64,000 nt of DNA from an uncultured Actinomycetes bacterium (GCA_963704885.1 CAVPIB010000004.1:704001-768000); one strand, 5' to 3'. Shown: positions 49,441-60,353, counted from the stretch's first letter. The notes: generated from the letters alone by a model not told the origin. Translations and numbers: made by a program.

Positions 49441-50220
49441 CTACACCGGGAGGAACCTGACCTTCACGGCGACCTCCGCCGTGAAGGCCGTCACGACGGC
49501 AAGGTAGAAGAAGCCGGTCGCCGACTGCACCGCGGAGGCGCGCTCACCGCGCAGCGCGGCCTTCACCATGACGGCGACGAGGGCGGTGGTCCCGACCATA
49601 CCGAGCGCTATCCACGGCGCCAGAGCACCCGCCGTCAGGAGCGGGTTGAACGCCTCCGACGAGCCCACCCCGCCGAACCCCCCAGCGATGACTGCCACGG
49701 CCTCGACCGTGACCGCCACCAGCATGATCGTCGTGGCTCGGTTGATCGGCGTCCGGCCGAGCCCGCGATCAGTCAGGTACCAGTGTCCGAGCAACAGACC
49801 GTCTAGCACCGACCCCAGGAAGGCGGCCCCGGCCAGGAGCCCGAACAGCGCGAGCGCCGGCTCCTGCCGTCCCGTCCCGGCCATAGCCACGAGCACGGCT
49901 ATCGACACCGGGACGGAGAGCAACCCCAGGACACGTGCGGCCGAGTTAGCCTTGAAGAGTTGGAGCGCCGTCCAGGCGAGCGTCACGACCATGCTTGCGA
50001 GTGCCAGACGCACGCTCCAAGTGCCGGCGTCGTCGCCGACGATCGCTCCGGCCGCGGCCGCCCGCCAGGCCGCGAACGCCACCACGGACAGGAGCACCCC
50101 CGAGAGCGTGAAGTACCCGCGTTTCACCTCGCCCCAGAGGGGGGTGAACCACAGGAAGGCCAGGGAGCCCGCCACCGTCTCGGCCAGCACGAGCGCCATC
50201 ACCCCCGCCGAGCCGCTCAT
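49441..50220 (-). CDS. Polytopic membrane protein of unknown function
   Basis: About 8 hydrophobic helices; conserved-looking LLGHWYL and SATGFFY. Confidence 0.65.
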   Translation of the reverse strand: MSGSAGVMALVLAETVAGSLAFLWFTPLWGEVKRGYFTLSGVLLSVVAFAAWRAAAAGAIVGDDAGTWSVRLALASMVVTLAWTALQLFKANSAARVLGLLSVPVSIAVLVAMAGTGRQEPALALFGLLAGAAFLGSVLDGLLLGHWYLTDRGLGRTPINRATTIMLVAVTVEAVAVIAGGFGGVGSSEAFNPLLTAGALAPWIALGMVGTTALVAVMVKAALRGERASAVQSATGFFYLAVVTAFTAEVAVKVRFLPV

Positions 50221-50308
50221 GTGCGCCGCTTCCGCATAGGCAGTAGAGCGTACCGGTCGCGTGCAAGCGACCGAGCGTTGGGCGCGCCGCCCGGTAGGCT
50301 TGCCGCCC

Positions 50309-51100
50309 ATGAACGACTGGCGCTCCTACGACGAGGTTGCCGAGACCTACGAGCGCGTCCACGCGCCTCGGCTGCTGGAGATCGCGCACGCATTGGTCGG
50401 GCTCGCCGAGGTGAGCGAGGGACAGCTCGTGCTGGACGTCGGAACCGGAACGGGCGTGGCGGCACAGGCGGCATCGGAGAGCGGGGCACGAGTGGTCGGC
50501 ATCGATCCCTCGACCGGGATGCTCACGGTGGGGCATCGCGAGCGCTCGTCGCTCACGCTCGTGGGCGCCCAAGCGATCGACCTGCCGTTCCGCGACGGCA
50601 CGTTCGACACGGTGACCGGCAACTTCGTGCTCTCACACTTCCGCCAATACGACACGGCGTTGTTCGACATGCTCCGCGTGACCAAGTCGGGGGGACGGAT
50701 CGCACTGACTTCATGGTCCGACGTGAAGGACGAGCTCCAGGAGACGTGGGCCGAGCTGGTCGCCTCCGTGGTGCCGCGCGAGATGCTGGAGCCGGTCTGG
50801 GCCGCGGCCGCCCCGTGGCACGCGAAGTTCGCCGATCGACAGGCTCTCGAAGACGTCCTGATCGGGAGCGGCCTGCGGCGCGTTCGGACCGAGAAGCGGC
50901 AGTTCCGGTTCCAGTACTCGCAGAACGACTACCTGGACGGTCTCGGGATCTGGGCGACCGGCAGGTTCGTGCGGGAGATGATCGGCGACGAGGGGTGGCC
51001 CGCGTTCCAGGAAAGGGCCCGCGCGGCCTTCAAGGAGCGGTTCTCCGATCCGCTGAACGACTTCCGCGACGTCATCCTGGCGGTAGGCACCAAGCCGTAG
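50309..51100 (+). CDS. Class I SAM-dependent methyltransferase (UbiE-like)
   Basis: VLDVGTGTG, GIDPS.GML, LPF.DG.FD.V, RV.K.GG. Confidence 0.9.
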   Translation: MNDWRSYDEVAETYERVHAPRLLEIAHALVGLAEVSEGQLVLDVGTGTGVAAQAASESGARVVGIDPSTGMLTVGHRERSSLTLVGAQAIDLPFRDGTFDTVTGNFVLSHFRQYDTALFDMLRVTKSGGRIALTSWSDVKDELQETWAELVASVVPREMLEPVWAAAAPWHAKFADRQALEDVLIGSGLRRVRTEKRQFRFQYSQNDYLDGLGIWATGRFVREMIGDEGWPAFQERARAAFKERFSDPLNDFRDVILAVGTKP

Positions 51101-51126
51101 CGTCCACGCTCGCAGATCGACCCCGT

Positions 51127-51155
51127 CTACAGCGGCTGTTGCATCGTCCCGATAC
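51127..51155 (+). promoter_or_regulatory. Sigma28/WhiG-like promoter of the membrane diguanylate cyclase
   Basis: CTACAG-N15-CCCGATAC, 7 nt before the ATG. Confidence 0.55.
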
Positions 51156-51162
51156 TTCGACC

Positions 51163-52620
51163 ATGGAGACCCTCTCCCAGCGTGTCGTCGGTCGGATGGC
51201 CAGCGTGCTGTTCATCGGCGCCGGCCTCGTGGTTCTCGTGCTCTCGCTGTCCGGGCTGGAACCCCAGTTCAACGCGCCGGTGGTAAGGGTCGCGGGTGGG
51301 CTTGCACTCCTGGCGGGCATCGTGTGCTGGTTCCTCCCTTGGCAACGTTGGCCGCGCTCACGAACGCTCTGGCTCCTGCCTTTGGGGCTGGGTCTGGTGA
51401 CCGTCAAGTTCGCCTTCGGCAGCTTCAGCGCGTACTCGTTCGCCGCCTACTTCGTTGTGGCGTTCATGTGGATCGGCATCTCTCACCCGCGGGGGACCTC
51501 GCTCTGGTTCCTACCTCTGGGAGCCGTCGCCTACGCCGTGCCGGTCTGGATGCACGCGCGATCGTCGGCAGCGGTCGTTTCCGGGTTCGAGATCCTCGCC
51601 ATCTGCGCCTTGGTGGGCGAATCCGTGGGATGGGTGTCGCAGCAGTTGCGCCGCGCCGAGGCCCTGGAGGCCAAACGCTTGTGGGACATGCAGGGGTTGT
51701 TGCACGCCGGCGACATCCTCGCCCGCCTGACCGAGGCGTCGCGAGCCGCCGAGGTTGCATCGGACCTGTCGACACAGCTGCTGCGGGCCGCCGGCGCCAT
51801 CGTCCTCCTCCCAGATGACGGAGGCTCGCTCGTCATCGGAGGAACGGCCAGATGGCCCGACGCCCAGATCGGAGCGCGGTTGTCGGAAGCGGAGGCGCCG
51901 TCTCTGTTCGGCGCACTTCGGGGAACCGCCCCCATGGTGGCTACGCAGGATCAGCTTCCAGCCAGCCTCGCGCTCCGACCCGACGACGGAGGCACCTTGC
52001 TGTTCGTCCCCCTGCGCGGCGTGTCCACGGTTCAAGGCGTGCTCCTCGCCGACCTGGATCGGGAAGAGAAGGCCCTCGACCGCTTCGACGTGGACATGGC
52101 GATGAGCTTCGCCACCCAGGCCGGTCTCATGCTCGAGCGGCTGCACGCCGTCGAGTCTCTGGTGAGCGACACCCTCCGGGACGAGCTGACCGGACTGGGC
52201 AACCGGCGATCGTTGAATCACGCGCTCGCACGCCTGGAGTCGGGCGATGCGATCGTCCTGATGGACCTCGATCGGTTCAAAGAGCTGAACGACACGAGGG
52301 GCCACGCGGCGGGAGACGAGGCGCTACGGTGGTTCGGCGCCCATCTCGCCAAGGGCCTGCGAGAAGGTGACGCGGCGATCCGCTACGGCGGCGACGAATT
52401 CCTCCTGCTGCTCCGGGGGGTCGGAGAGCGGTCCCAGGCGATCGTCGAACGCCTCCGCGAGGGCTGGCTCCAAGGACGCCCTCCGGTCGGGTTCAGCGCC
52501 GGCATCGCGGTGCACGCAGAGGGCGAGCTACCGGCGAACACGGTGGCGCGCGCGGATCAAGCCCTCTACGAGGACAAGGAAGGCAACGCGCGGGACGACC
52601 GGATCGAATGGGTCAGCTGA
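51163..52620 (+). CDS. Membrane sensor diguanylate cyclase (TMs + GAF-like + GGDEF)
   Basis: About 6 TMs; DELTGLGNRR, DLDRFK..ND..GH..GD, REGD I-site, RYGGDEF. Confidence 0.92.
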   Translation: METLSQRVVGRMASVLFIGAGLVVLVLSLSGLEPQFNAPVVRVAGGLALLAGIVCWFLPWQRWPRSRTLWLLPLGLGLVTVKFAFGSFSAYSFAAYFVVAFMWIGISHPRGTSLWFLPLGAVAYAVPVWMHARSSAAVVSGFEILAICALVGESVGWVSQQLRRAEALEAKRLWDMQGLLHAGDILARLTEASRAAEVASDLSTQLLRAAGAIVLLPDDGGSLVIGGTARWPDAQIGARLSEAEAPSLFGALRGTAPMVATQDQLPASLALRPDDGGTLLFVPLRGVSTVQGVLLADLDREEKALDRFDVDMAMSFATQAGLMLERLHAVESLVSDTLRDELTGLGNRRSLNHALARLESGDAIVLMDLDRFKELNDTRGHAAGDEALRWFGAHLAKGLREGDAAIRYGGDEFLLLLRGVGERSQAIVERLREGWLQGRPPVGFSAGIAVHAEGELPANTVARADQALYEDKEGNARDDRIEWVS

Positions 52621-53335
52621 GGTCCAGGACGCGGAACTGCTCGGCGCGCTCGACACCTATCTTCTTGCCTGCGCTCACGGCCTCCTCGGTCAGGAACTCC
52701 TCGAAGAACCGGATCCCTTCGACGAGCTGACTCGCATGCTCCGCGAGCCCCGCTACCTTGCGTTCGAACCAGTCGCTCACGTCCTCGGTGTGGTTCGCCT
52801 CGTTCGTCCACCCGAGCCAGATGTCGTGGATCTCGCGCACGTCGAGCCCTTCGCCTAGGTGCTCGGGGAAGAAGTGCGGATTGCCCGCCCCCGGGAACGC
52901 GGCGTCGAGCGCGATCTCGCCGGCGCGACGGTGATCCGTGTGGTTGTAGTAGCGGTTCTCGAAGAACCACGCGGTCGGGTCCACCGAGACCACGGTCTCG
53001 GCACGTACCTCGCGGATCCTGCGGATCACGGCCTCGCGAACCACCTGGGTGTTCTCGAGCTCTCCGTCGGGGATACCCATGATCTGGGCGCTCGCGAGGC
53101 CCAGGACCTCTGCCGCCGCCTGCGTCTCCCCCAAGCGGGTCATGGCGAGCTCACCACGGTCGCGGAGCGGATCGCTCGAGCCGCGATCGCCGTTCGTGAG
53201 GACGAGCAGATGCACCTCGCGACCCGCCGCGCACCACTTGGCGAGAGTGCCTCCCGCCGCGATCTCTGCGTCGTCGGGATGAGCGAATACCCCGAGCACC
53301 GGGCCCGTCCGAGGTGTTGGCGTGTCGTCGGGCAC
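52613..53335 (-). CDS. PIG-L/LmbE family deacetylase (second paralog)
   Basis: AHPDDAE, TNGDRG, NHTDH. Confidence 0.9.
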   Translation of the reverse strand: MPDDTPTPRTGPVLGVFAHPDDAEIAAGGTLAKWCAAGREVHLLVLTNGDRGSSDPLRDRGELAMTRLGETQAAAEVLGLASAQIMGIPDGELENTQVVREAVIRRIREVRAETVVSVDPTAWFFENRYYNHTDHRRAGEIALDAAFPGAGNPHFFPEHLGEGLDVREIHDIWLGWTNEANHTEDVSDWFERKVAGLAEHASQLVEGIRFFEEFLTEEAVSAGKKIGVERAEQFRVLDLS

Positions 53336-53343
53336 CGATACTC

Positions 53344-54816
53344 CTACGCGCTCTGATCCAAGATGTAGCGGACGAGTGTCCGAACCGGCACGCCCGTACC
53401 CCCTTTGGGGCCCAGGTCGTTCCCCTTGTCGCTGAACGCGGGGCCCGCGATATCAAGGTGGATCCAGGGCGTGTCACCCACGAACTCCGCCAGGAACCAG
53501 GCGGCCGTGATAGCGCCACCGTATCGTTCGCCGATGTTCTTCACGTCGGCGATGTTGGAGTCGATCAGGCGCCGGTAGTCCGCGAAGAGAGGGAGCTGCC
53601 ACATGGTCTCGCCGACCGCCTCGCCCGCGGCGGCGATGTCGCGGAACAGGGCGTCGTCGTTGCCCATGGCGCCGGTCACCAGGTCGCCGAGAGCGACCAT
53701 GCACGCGCCCGTGAGCGTGGCCGTGTCGATGATCACCTTCGGCTTCTTCTCGGCCAGGTAGGCCAGCGAGTCTGCCAGGACCAGCCGGCCCTCGGCGTCG
53801 GTGTTCAACACCTCGGAGGTCTTGCCGCCGCGATGCCGGAGCACGTCTCCCGGTTTGGTGGCGGACCCGCTCGGCATGTTCTCCGACGACGGGATCGCGG
53901 CGATCACGTTCACCTTGGGTTTCAGCTGCGCGATCGCCTTCATGGTGGCCATGATCGACGCGGCTCCGCCCATGTCGTCCTTCATGGTCTCCATGCCCTT
54001 GGCGTCCTTGATGGACAGACCACCCGAGTCGAACGCGATCCCCTTGCCCGTGAGGGCGATCGGAGTCTGTGTGCCCGCACCCGTATACGACAGCTCGATC
54101 AGCCGCGGGGGGTTCACGCTGCCCGCGCCGACTCCTAGGATCCCGCCGAACCCGCCCTTCTCAAGTTCCGGCTTGCCCCAGACCTTGCAGCGAAGACCCA
54201 CCTGGCGTGCCATCTTCTGCGCCTCACGGGCGATCTGCGCCGGCGGCATATCCCCCGCCGGCGTGTTCACCAGGTCACGCGCCCAGCAGACCGCTTCGGC
54301 CACTATCCGACCGCGGCGTATCCCCTCGCGCGCCGACGTCGCGTTCGCCCGAGCGGATCCCACGACGATCACGCGTGACAGGCTGGGCGCGGCCTTCACG
54401 GTCTTGTAGCGATCGAATCGATAGCCGCCGAGCACGACGCCTTCCACCGCGGCTTGCGCCGCGGCAGCGAGGTCGCGAGCGCCCGCCGCCTGCGGGAAGG
54501 TGGTGGCTGCCGTGCCGAATCGACTGAGGGAGCCCGACACCCGGCCGAGAGCGCGACGCATGCTCGTTGGCGTGAAAGCTCCCTTGTCGCCCACGCCGAC
54601 CAGCAGGACGGCGTTCGCCACGAACCGGTCGCCGTCTCGCCGGATCACCAACAGGTTCTCGTTCGGCTTGCCGGTGAGCTTCGCGTCGCGGTAGGCACGC
54701 TCCAGACCCACCTCCTTGACCCCCGGCCCGGGCACGGGACCCTGGAAGACGGGCAGGACCAAGACACCGGCGCGGACCTTCGCCGGCGCGTCGGACGAGT
54801 ACGTGAACGTGGTCAA
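53344..54816 (-). CDS. pepA: Leucyl aminopeptidase (M17)
   Basis: GKGIAFDSGG, MKDDMGG, NTDAEGRL, ATLTGA, HLDIAG. Confidence 0.96.
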   Translation of the reverse strand: MTTFTYSSDAPAKVRAGVLVLPVFQGPVPGPGVKEVGLERAYRDAKLTGKPNENLLVIRRDGDRFVANAVLLVGVGDKGAFTPTSMRRALGRVSGSLSRFGTAATTFPQAAGARDLAAAAQAAVEGVVLGGYRFDRYKTVKAAPSLSRVIVVGSARANATSAREGIRRGRIVAEAVCWARDLVNTPAGDMPPAQIAREAQKMARQVGLRCKVWGKPELEKGGFGGILGVGAGSVNPPRLIELSYTGAGTQTPIALTGKGIAFDSGGLSIKDAKGMETMKDDMGGAASIMATMKAIAQLKPKVNVIAAIPSSENMPSGSATKPGDVLRHRGGKTSEVLNTDAEGRLVLADSLAYLAEKKPKVIIDTATLTGACMVALGDLVTGAMGNDDALFRDIAAAGEAVGETMWQLPLFADYRRLIDSNIADVKNIGERYGGAITAAWFLAEFVGDTPWIHLDIAGPAFSDKGNDLGPKGGTGVPVRTLVRYILDQSA

Positions 54817-54924
54817 CTTGGACTCCTTCTGACGAACGACGGGCGGCGGTCAGTCTAGCCGTGGCCGGACGGATACTGCCGGCCGCCCGTCCTCCGGACC
54901 CGTCCGGCCGCTACGCTTCGGACC

Positions 54925-55260
54925 GTGAAGCCACGAGACATCCGCGACCTTGTGCGTTTCTCAGAGGGCGAACCCCACCATGAGACCCTGTTCGAATCCC
55001 GACACCTATGGTCTGAGGTGATCTGCCTCGAAGGGACCCAGGGGCTCGGTCCCATGAGCGACCCCGCGTCCGACGCGATCCTGGCGGTGATCTCCGGAGA
55101 GGTAGCGGCCCAGGTCGGGAAGGGCCGGTCCCGGATGAAGCAGTGGGATTCGGTGCTGGTGGAGGCGGGGGTCGAGCTGACTGTACGCAACGCGTCACCC
55201 GATCCTGCCGTCCTGCTGCTGGTCGCCGCCCCGCCCCCCGCCCCGTCGCTCCAGCCCTGA
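54925..55260 (+). CDS. Cupin-like small protein
   Basis: Beta-rich pattern V.SGE.......DSVLVEAG.....RN; TACGCT -10 just upstream. Confidence 0.65.
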   Translation: MKPRDIRDLVRFSEGEPHHETLFESRHLWSEVICLEGTQGLGPMSDPASDAILAVISGEVAAQVGKGRSRMKQWDSVLVEAGVELTVRNASPDPAVLLLVAAPPPAPSLQP

Positions 55261-55264
55261 CGGG

Positions 55265-55738
55265 TTACCTGTCGAGCCGCGTCCGCGGCGCTCTCACGGG
55301 TCCGATGGCGATGATGTGCCGCCGGAGCGAGGACTGCGCTCGTCCCATCAGCACCCACATCAAAGGGCGGTAGCACCAGGCCGCCAGCTCTCCCAGGAGA
55401 GGGACCCGCAGCCGGACGTCCTCCGACCACGTGAAACGCGTTCCACCCTCCACCCTTTCCAGCCGCCAGACACCGAGTCCTACCACCACGCTGCCGTGAC
55501 GGATCTCCAGCCGCTGAGGGGGGTCCCACCGTGTGACCTCCATCGGCTCGTCGAACGCGCCGATCCCCATGATCCGGGTCCTGATGGACAACCGGACCCC
55601 CACGCCTTCTCGCCGCGAGGAGATGACCTCCACCCGATCGGCGTCCAGCATCCAGTCGGCCTGGCGCTCCCAATCCATCAGCACCGCCCACGCCTCCTCG
55701 GCCGTCGTAGGCAAGACGATCTCTCGTTCGACCCGCAT
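55265..55738 (-). CDS. SRPBCC/START family protein
   Basis: W.VLMDWERQ.DWM, GVG, V..WDPP.R..I.H; TAGACT -10. Confidence 0.8.
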   Translation of the reverse strand: MRVEREIVLPTTAEEAWAVLMDWERQADWMLDADRVEVISSRREGVGVRLSIRTRIMGIGAFDEPMEVTRWDPPQRLEIRHGSVVVGLGVWRLERVEGGTRFTWSEDVRLRVPLLGELAAWCYRPLMWVLMGRAQSSLRRHIIAIGPVRAPRTRLDR

Positions 55739-55789
55739 ACCTCGGAGTCTATGGACGTAGGCGATGCCGACCCAGGCTAGGCTTCGCGC

Positions 55790-57025
55790 ATGATGGGTAC
55801 CCGGGGGGCGGCGGTCGCCGCCGCGCTGGCGACGGCCTCGGGTCCGCTCCCGGCTAGAGGCGCGGCGGCGACCGCGAGCGTGCTGACCGAACCGGCCGGG
55901 GTGGCATGGGAGGACGGGATCTTGACCTACGTCGGTCCGGCAGGCGGCCTGCCCTGGCCCGCCGCGGTCGGCTCCGCCGACCGCGGCCTCCTGATCCCCG
56001 GGTTCGTCGACTGCCACGTGCACCTCCCGTTCTACGGATGGCGCGCGGACGAGTTCGATGCGCGACTGGCAGGAGCGAGCTACCGCGACCTCCACGGCGA
56101 GGAGGGCGGGATCTTCCGGAGCGCACGGATGCTCGCGGCGGCCTCGGACGACGAGGTTCTCGCGTTCTGCCTGCCGCTCGCGCGGGAGATGGCCTCGCAC
56201 GGCACCACGGCGATGGAGCTCAAGACCGGGTACGGCCTGTCGGTCGAGGCCGAGCTGCGTCAGGCGCGGTTGGCGCGCGCGCTCGCCGACACGGCCCCGC
56301 AGACCTGCACCGTGACCCTGTTGGCGTGTCACGCGGTGCCGCACGGCATGGCGCGCGAGGACTGGGTGCGGGTCGCGTGCGACGAGCTGATCCCGGAGGC
56401 CGCCGCGGCGGGCCTGGCCGACCAGGTGGACATCTATGTCGAGGACATCGCGTTCTCGCTGGACGATCTATCCGACGTGGCGGAGGCTGCCTCGCGAGCC
56501 GGGCTCCCGCTGCGCGTCCACGCCGATCAGCTAGGTCCGAGCGGCGCCGCGGAGGCCGCGGTCGCGCTCGGCGCGCGGAGCGCCGATCACCTGAACCACT
56601 TGAGCGGCGATGGCGTCGCCGCGTTGCGCGCGGCGGCCGGCACGGTCGCCGTCCTTCTGCCTGCATCGTCGTTCCTGCTGCGTGCCTCCCGGCCTCCGGT
56701 CGCCGAACTGAGGAACCCGGGCGCTGCGCTCGCGATCGCGACCGACTTCAACCCGGGAACGTCCGCCGTGTCGTCCATGCCCGAGACGATCGCGTTCGCG
56801 TGCACGAGCTACGGACTGAGGCCGCTCGAGACCCTGACCGCGGCGACCGCTAACCCGGCGTTCGTCCTGGGCCTGGACGATCGGCTCGGAACGTTAGAGG
56901 TGGGCAAGCGTGCCGATGTCCTACTGCTGGAGGAGGCGACGTTCGCGCAGCTCCCCTACCGGCCGGGACACAACCCTGTCGTCGCCACGATCATCGGCGG
57001 CGAGCTCGCCCCCACTGGTCCGTGA
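55790..57025 (+). CDS. hutI: Imidazolonepropionase
   Basis: PGFVDCHVH, GGI, ELKTGYGL, HADQL, SADHL, ATDFNPGTS. Confidence 0.94.
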   Translation: MMGTRGAAVAAALATASGPLPARGAAATASVLTEPAGVAWEDGILTYVGPAGGLPWPAAVGSADRGLLIPGFVDCHVHLPFYGWRADEFDARLAGASYRDLHGEEGGIFRSARMLAAASDDEVLAFCLPLAREMASHGTTAMELKTGYGLSVEAELRQARLARALADTAPQTCTVTLLACHAVPHGMAREDWVRVACDELIPEAAAAGLADQVDIYVEDIAFSLDDLSDVAEAASRAGLPLRVHADQLGPSGAAEAAVALGARSADHLNHLSGDGVAALRAAAGTVAVLLPASSFLLRASRPPVAELRNPGAALAIATDFNPGTSAVSSMPETIAFACTSYGLRPLETLTAATANPAFVLGLDDRLGTLEVGKRADVLLLEEATFAQLPYRPGHNPVVATIIGGELAPTGP

Positions 57026-57029
57026 TGGA

Positions 57030-58565
57030 CTAGTCGAGAGCGCCGACCACGCCGGCTGCTGCGGCGACCAGCTCTCCCTCGCGCACCAGCCAGGCGCAAG
57101 CCTCGATGTCCCGTCCCAGCTCGCGATCGGCGTCCAGGAACGGCACGGCCTGTCGGATGGCGGCTCGTGCCGAGTCCGTGGCCGCCGCCGGCTCGAGAGG
57201 CGCTCGCAGGTCGAGCGCCTGCGCCGCGGCCAGAGCCTCCATGGCAACCACGAGCTCCGCGTTCGCCACTATGTCGCGGGCGTGGCGCGCCGCGATCATG
57301 CCCATGCTCACGTGATCCTCCTGGCCCGCCGACGACGTGATCGAGTCGACCGAGGCCGGGTGTGCGAGCGACTTGCATTCCGACACCAACGAGGCGGCGG
57401 TGTACTGCACGAGCATCAGGCCGGAATTCAGCCCGCTCCCCTGCACGAGGAACGGGGGAAGACCGTTGCTGAGCTTGGCGTCCAGCAACCGGTAGAGCCG
57501 ACGCTCGCTGATGCTCGCCAATCCCACCGTGGCGAGCGCCAGAGCGTCGAGCGCCACCGCCACGGGTTGGCCGTGGAAATTCCCGCCGGAACGGACCTCG
57601 TCGTCGTCCGGCAAGACGATCGGGTTGTCCGAAACGGCGCCAGCTTCGATCTGCAGGACACCTTGCGCATATGCGAGCGCGTCGCGCGTGGCCCCGTGCA
57701 CCTGGGGCGCGCAGCGCAACGAGTACGCGTCCTGCACCAGGTGGGGGCTCTCGCGGTGCGACGCCAGGATCGTCGACCCGGCCAGCAGCCGCCGGAGGTT
57801 GGCGGCCGATGCCATCTGACCCGCATGCGGGCGCAGCCGCTGGAGCCGTTCGTCGAACGGCGCGTCTGTTCCGAGACACGCCTCCACCGACATCGCAGCT
57901 ACGACATCCGCGGCGCGGGCCAGGTTGGCAACGCGTGCCGCTGCCAAGATCCCTACGGCAACCATGCCCTGGGTGCCGTTGACGAGCGCAAGACCCTCCT
58001 TCGCCCGGAGGTCCAGCGGCTCTAGGCCGGCGTCGGCAAGGACGGCCGCTGCCGGCTCGGTCCCGCCTTCCGCAGCGAGCAGCTCACCGTGACCGATCAG
58101 CGGCAGAGCGAGGTTGGCGAGCGGCGCCAGGTCTCCAGAGGCTCCCAGCGAGCCTTGCTCGGGAACCGCCGGGATCAGGTCCCGGTTCAGCATCTCGACC
58201 ATCCGGTCCACGATCAACGGCCGGACGCCAGAGTGACCGAGCGCCAGCACGTGCGCGCGGAGCAGCAGCATCGCGCGGGCCTCCTCGCGCGAGAGCGGTC
58301 TGCCGACGGCCGTCGCGTGCGAACGCACGATCCCCAGTTGCAGTGCGGCTGCCTGCGACGGCTCGATGCGCACATCGGCGAGCGATCCGAAGCCGGTGGT
58401 CACGCCGTACACGGTCTCCCCCGAGGCGACCACGCGCTCGATCACGTCGTTGGCCGCCACCACTCGCTCGCGAGCCAAGTCTGGGAACTCCACCGCGGCG
58501 CCGCGCGCCACCGCCACGACATCCGCCAGCGTGAGCTCGCCCCCGAGCGCGACCATCCCTATCAA
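57030..58565 (-). CDS. hutH: Histidine ammonia-lyase
   Basis: [14 protein letters not shown] (MIO), [32 protein letters not shown]. Confidence 0.97.
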   Translation of the reverse strand: MIGMVALGGELTLADVVAVARGAAVEFPDLARERVVAANDVIERVVASGETVYGVTTGFGSLADVRIEPSQAAALQLGIVRSHATAVGRPLSREEARAMLLLRAHVLALGHSGVRPLIVDRMVEMLNRDLIPAVPEQGSLGASGDLAPLANLALPLIGHGELLAAEGGTEPAAAVLADAGLEPLDLRAKEGLALVNGTQGMVAVGILAAARVANLARAADVVAAMSVEACLGTDAPFDERLQRLRPHAGQMASAANLRRLLAGSTILASHRESPHLVQDAYSLRCAPQVHGATRDALAYAQGVLQIEAGAVSDNPIVLPDDDEVRSGGNFHGQPVAVALDALALATVGLASISERRLYRLLDAKLSNGLPPFLVQGSGLNSGLMLVQYTAASLVSECKSLAHPASVDSITSSAGQEDHVSMGMIAARHARDIVANAELVVAMEALAAAQALDLRAPLEPAAATDSARAAIRQAVPFLDADRELGRDIEACAWLVREGELVAAAAGVVGALD

Positions 58566-60223
58566 GCCTCGCGCATCGGGATGCGGACGCCTCGCTCCGC
58601 CGCCACTTCGAGGGCGCGGTCGTAGCCGGCGTCTGCATGACGGATCACGCCCATCCCCGGGTCGGACGCCAGCACGCGTTCGAGCCGTTCGCGAGCGTTC
58701 TGGGTGCCGTCGGCGACCACGACCATCCCCGCGTGGATCGAGTAGCCGATCCCCACCCCACCTCCGTGGTGAACGCTCACCCAGTGAGCGCCGGCCGCCG
58801 TGTTGATCAGCGCGTTCAGGATCGGCCAGTCGGCGATGGCATCGGAGCCGTCCTTCATGTCCTCCGTCTCGCGGAACGGCGACGCTACGCTGCCACTATC
58901 CAGGTGATCGCGTCCTATCACGATCGGCGCGGCGAGCTCGCCGCTCGCAACCATCTCGTTGAACCGCAGCCCGGCCTTCGCGCGCTCCCCATAACCCAGC
59001 CAACAGATCCGTGCCGGCAGGCCCTGGAACACCACCCGCTCAGACGCCATCCGTAACCAGCGATGCGATCGCTCGTCGTCGGGGAACAGCTCCACGACCG
59101 CGCGGTCCGTCTTCGCGATGTCCTCCGGATCGCCCGAGAGCGCCGCCCACCGGAACGGCCCCTTCCCTTCGCAGAAGAGCGGCCGGACGAAAGCCGGGAC
59201 GAACCCGGGGTAGGAATACGCGCGATCGTGAGCCAGCCCGCCTATCTCGGCGCCCGCCCGCAGGTTGTTCCCGTAGTCGAACACGACCGCGCCGCCGTCC
59301 AGGAACCCGACCATCGCGCTCACGTGCTCGGCCATCGAGGCGTAGGAGCGGCGCTGGTAGTCATCGGGGTCGGATGTCCTCATCGCGGCGGCGTCGGCGA
59401 GGGAGAGCCCGGCAGGCACATAACCGCCCAAGGGGTCGTGCGCGCTCGTCTGGTCCGTCACGATGTCGGGCTTCCAGCCGCGTCGGAGCAGTTCCGGCTC
59501 CACCTCGGCGCAGTTGCCCACCAGTCCGATCGAGACGGCCTCACCGCCTGATCTGGCCTCGTCGACCCATCCGAGCGCGATGTCCAGATCGTCCGTCTCG
59601 CGGTCCAGGTACCGGGTCTTCACACGGCGTTCGATCCGCGTGGGGTCGACGTCGATGCAAAGAGCCACGCCCTCGTTCATGGTGACCGCCAGCGGTTGCG
59701 CGCCGCCCATCCCACCGAGCCCGCCGGTGAGCGTCACGGTGCCACGAAGCGTTCCCCCGAACCGCTGATGCGCGCACTCGGCCAGCGTCTCGAAGGTCCC
59801 CTGCAGGATGCCCTGGGTCCCGATGTAGATCCAAGAACCGGCGGTCATCTGTCCGTACATGGTGAGCCCGGCCGCCTCGAGCTCGCGGAACGTGTCCCAG
59901 TCCGCCCACTTGGGCACGAGCATGGAGTTGGAGATCAGCACCCGGGGCGCCATCGCGTGGGTCCGGAAGACGCCCACGGGCTTGCCCGACTGCACCAGCA
60001 GGGTCTCGTCGTCACCGAGCGTCTGGAGAGTTCGAACGATGGAATCGAACGCCTCCCAGGAACGCGCGGCCCGACCCGTGCCCCCGTACACGACCAGATC
60101 CTCGGGTCGTTCAGCAACGTCGGGGTCGAGGTTGTTCATGAGCATCCGCATCGCGGCTTCCTGTGGCCACGAACGACACGACAACGTCGTGCCTCGCGGA
60201 GCCCTGACCTCGCGTGCGCTCAT
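58562..60223 (-). CDS. hutU: Urocanate hydratase
   Basis: [39 protein letters not shown]. Confidence 0.98.
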   Translation of the reverse strand: MSAREVRAPRGTTLSCRSWPQEAAMRMLMNNLDPDVAERPEDLVVYGGTGRAARSWEAFDSIVRTLQTLGDDETLLVQSGKPVGVFRTHAMAPRVLISNSMLVPKWADWDTFRELEAAGLTMYGQMTAGSWIYIGTQGILQGTFETLAECAHQRFGGTLRGTVTLTGGLGGMGGAQPLAVTMNEGVALCIDVDPTRIERRVKTRYLDRETDDLDIALGWVDEARSGGEAVSIGLVGNCAEVEPELLRRGWKPDIVTDQTSAHDPLGGYVPAGLSLADAAAMRTSDPDDYQRRSYASMAEHVSAMVGFLDGGAVVFDYGNNLRAGAEIGGLAHDRAYSYPGFVPAFVRPLFCEGKGPFRWAALSGDPEDIAKTDRAVVELFPDDERSHRWLRMASERVVFQGLPARICWLGYGERAKAGLRFNEMVASGELAAPIVIGRDHLDSGSVASPFRETEDMKDGSDAIADWPILNALINTAAGAHWVSVHHGGGVGIGYSIHAGMVVVADGTQNARERLERVLASDPGMGVIRHADAGYDRALEVAAERGVRIPMREA

Positions 60224-60317
60224 GGTTCGAGCCCTCCTTGGAACGATGCTCGACCTGCGCGATGATACGCCGGTTGGGGGATGCGCCCGGGTGGAACCTC
60301 CTGGCTCATCGGGGTGA

Positions 60318-60346
60318 TTGAACGCCCCGGTCCCTGCGGGTACGGT
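60318..60346 (+). promoter_or_regulatory. Housekeeping-type promoter for a leaderless REC-EAL gene
   Basis: TTGAAC-N17-TACGGT, 7 nt before GTG 60354. Confidence 0.6.
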
Positions 60347-60353
60347 CCTGGCC

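Noticed and set aside
49960-52620. 886-aa extended GGDEF ORF
   Set aside because: The first ~400 codons are an off-frame overlap with the methyltransferase and the antisense membrane gene. The real start is ATG 51163.
60306-60334. CCCGATGA sigma28-like -10 upstream of hutU
   Set aside because: The -35 position reads GGGACC, which does not match.
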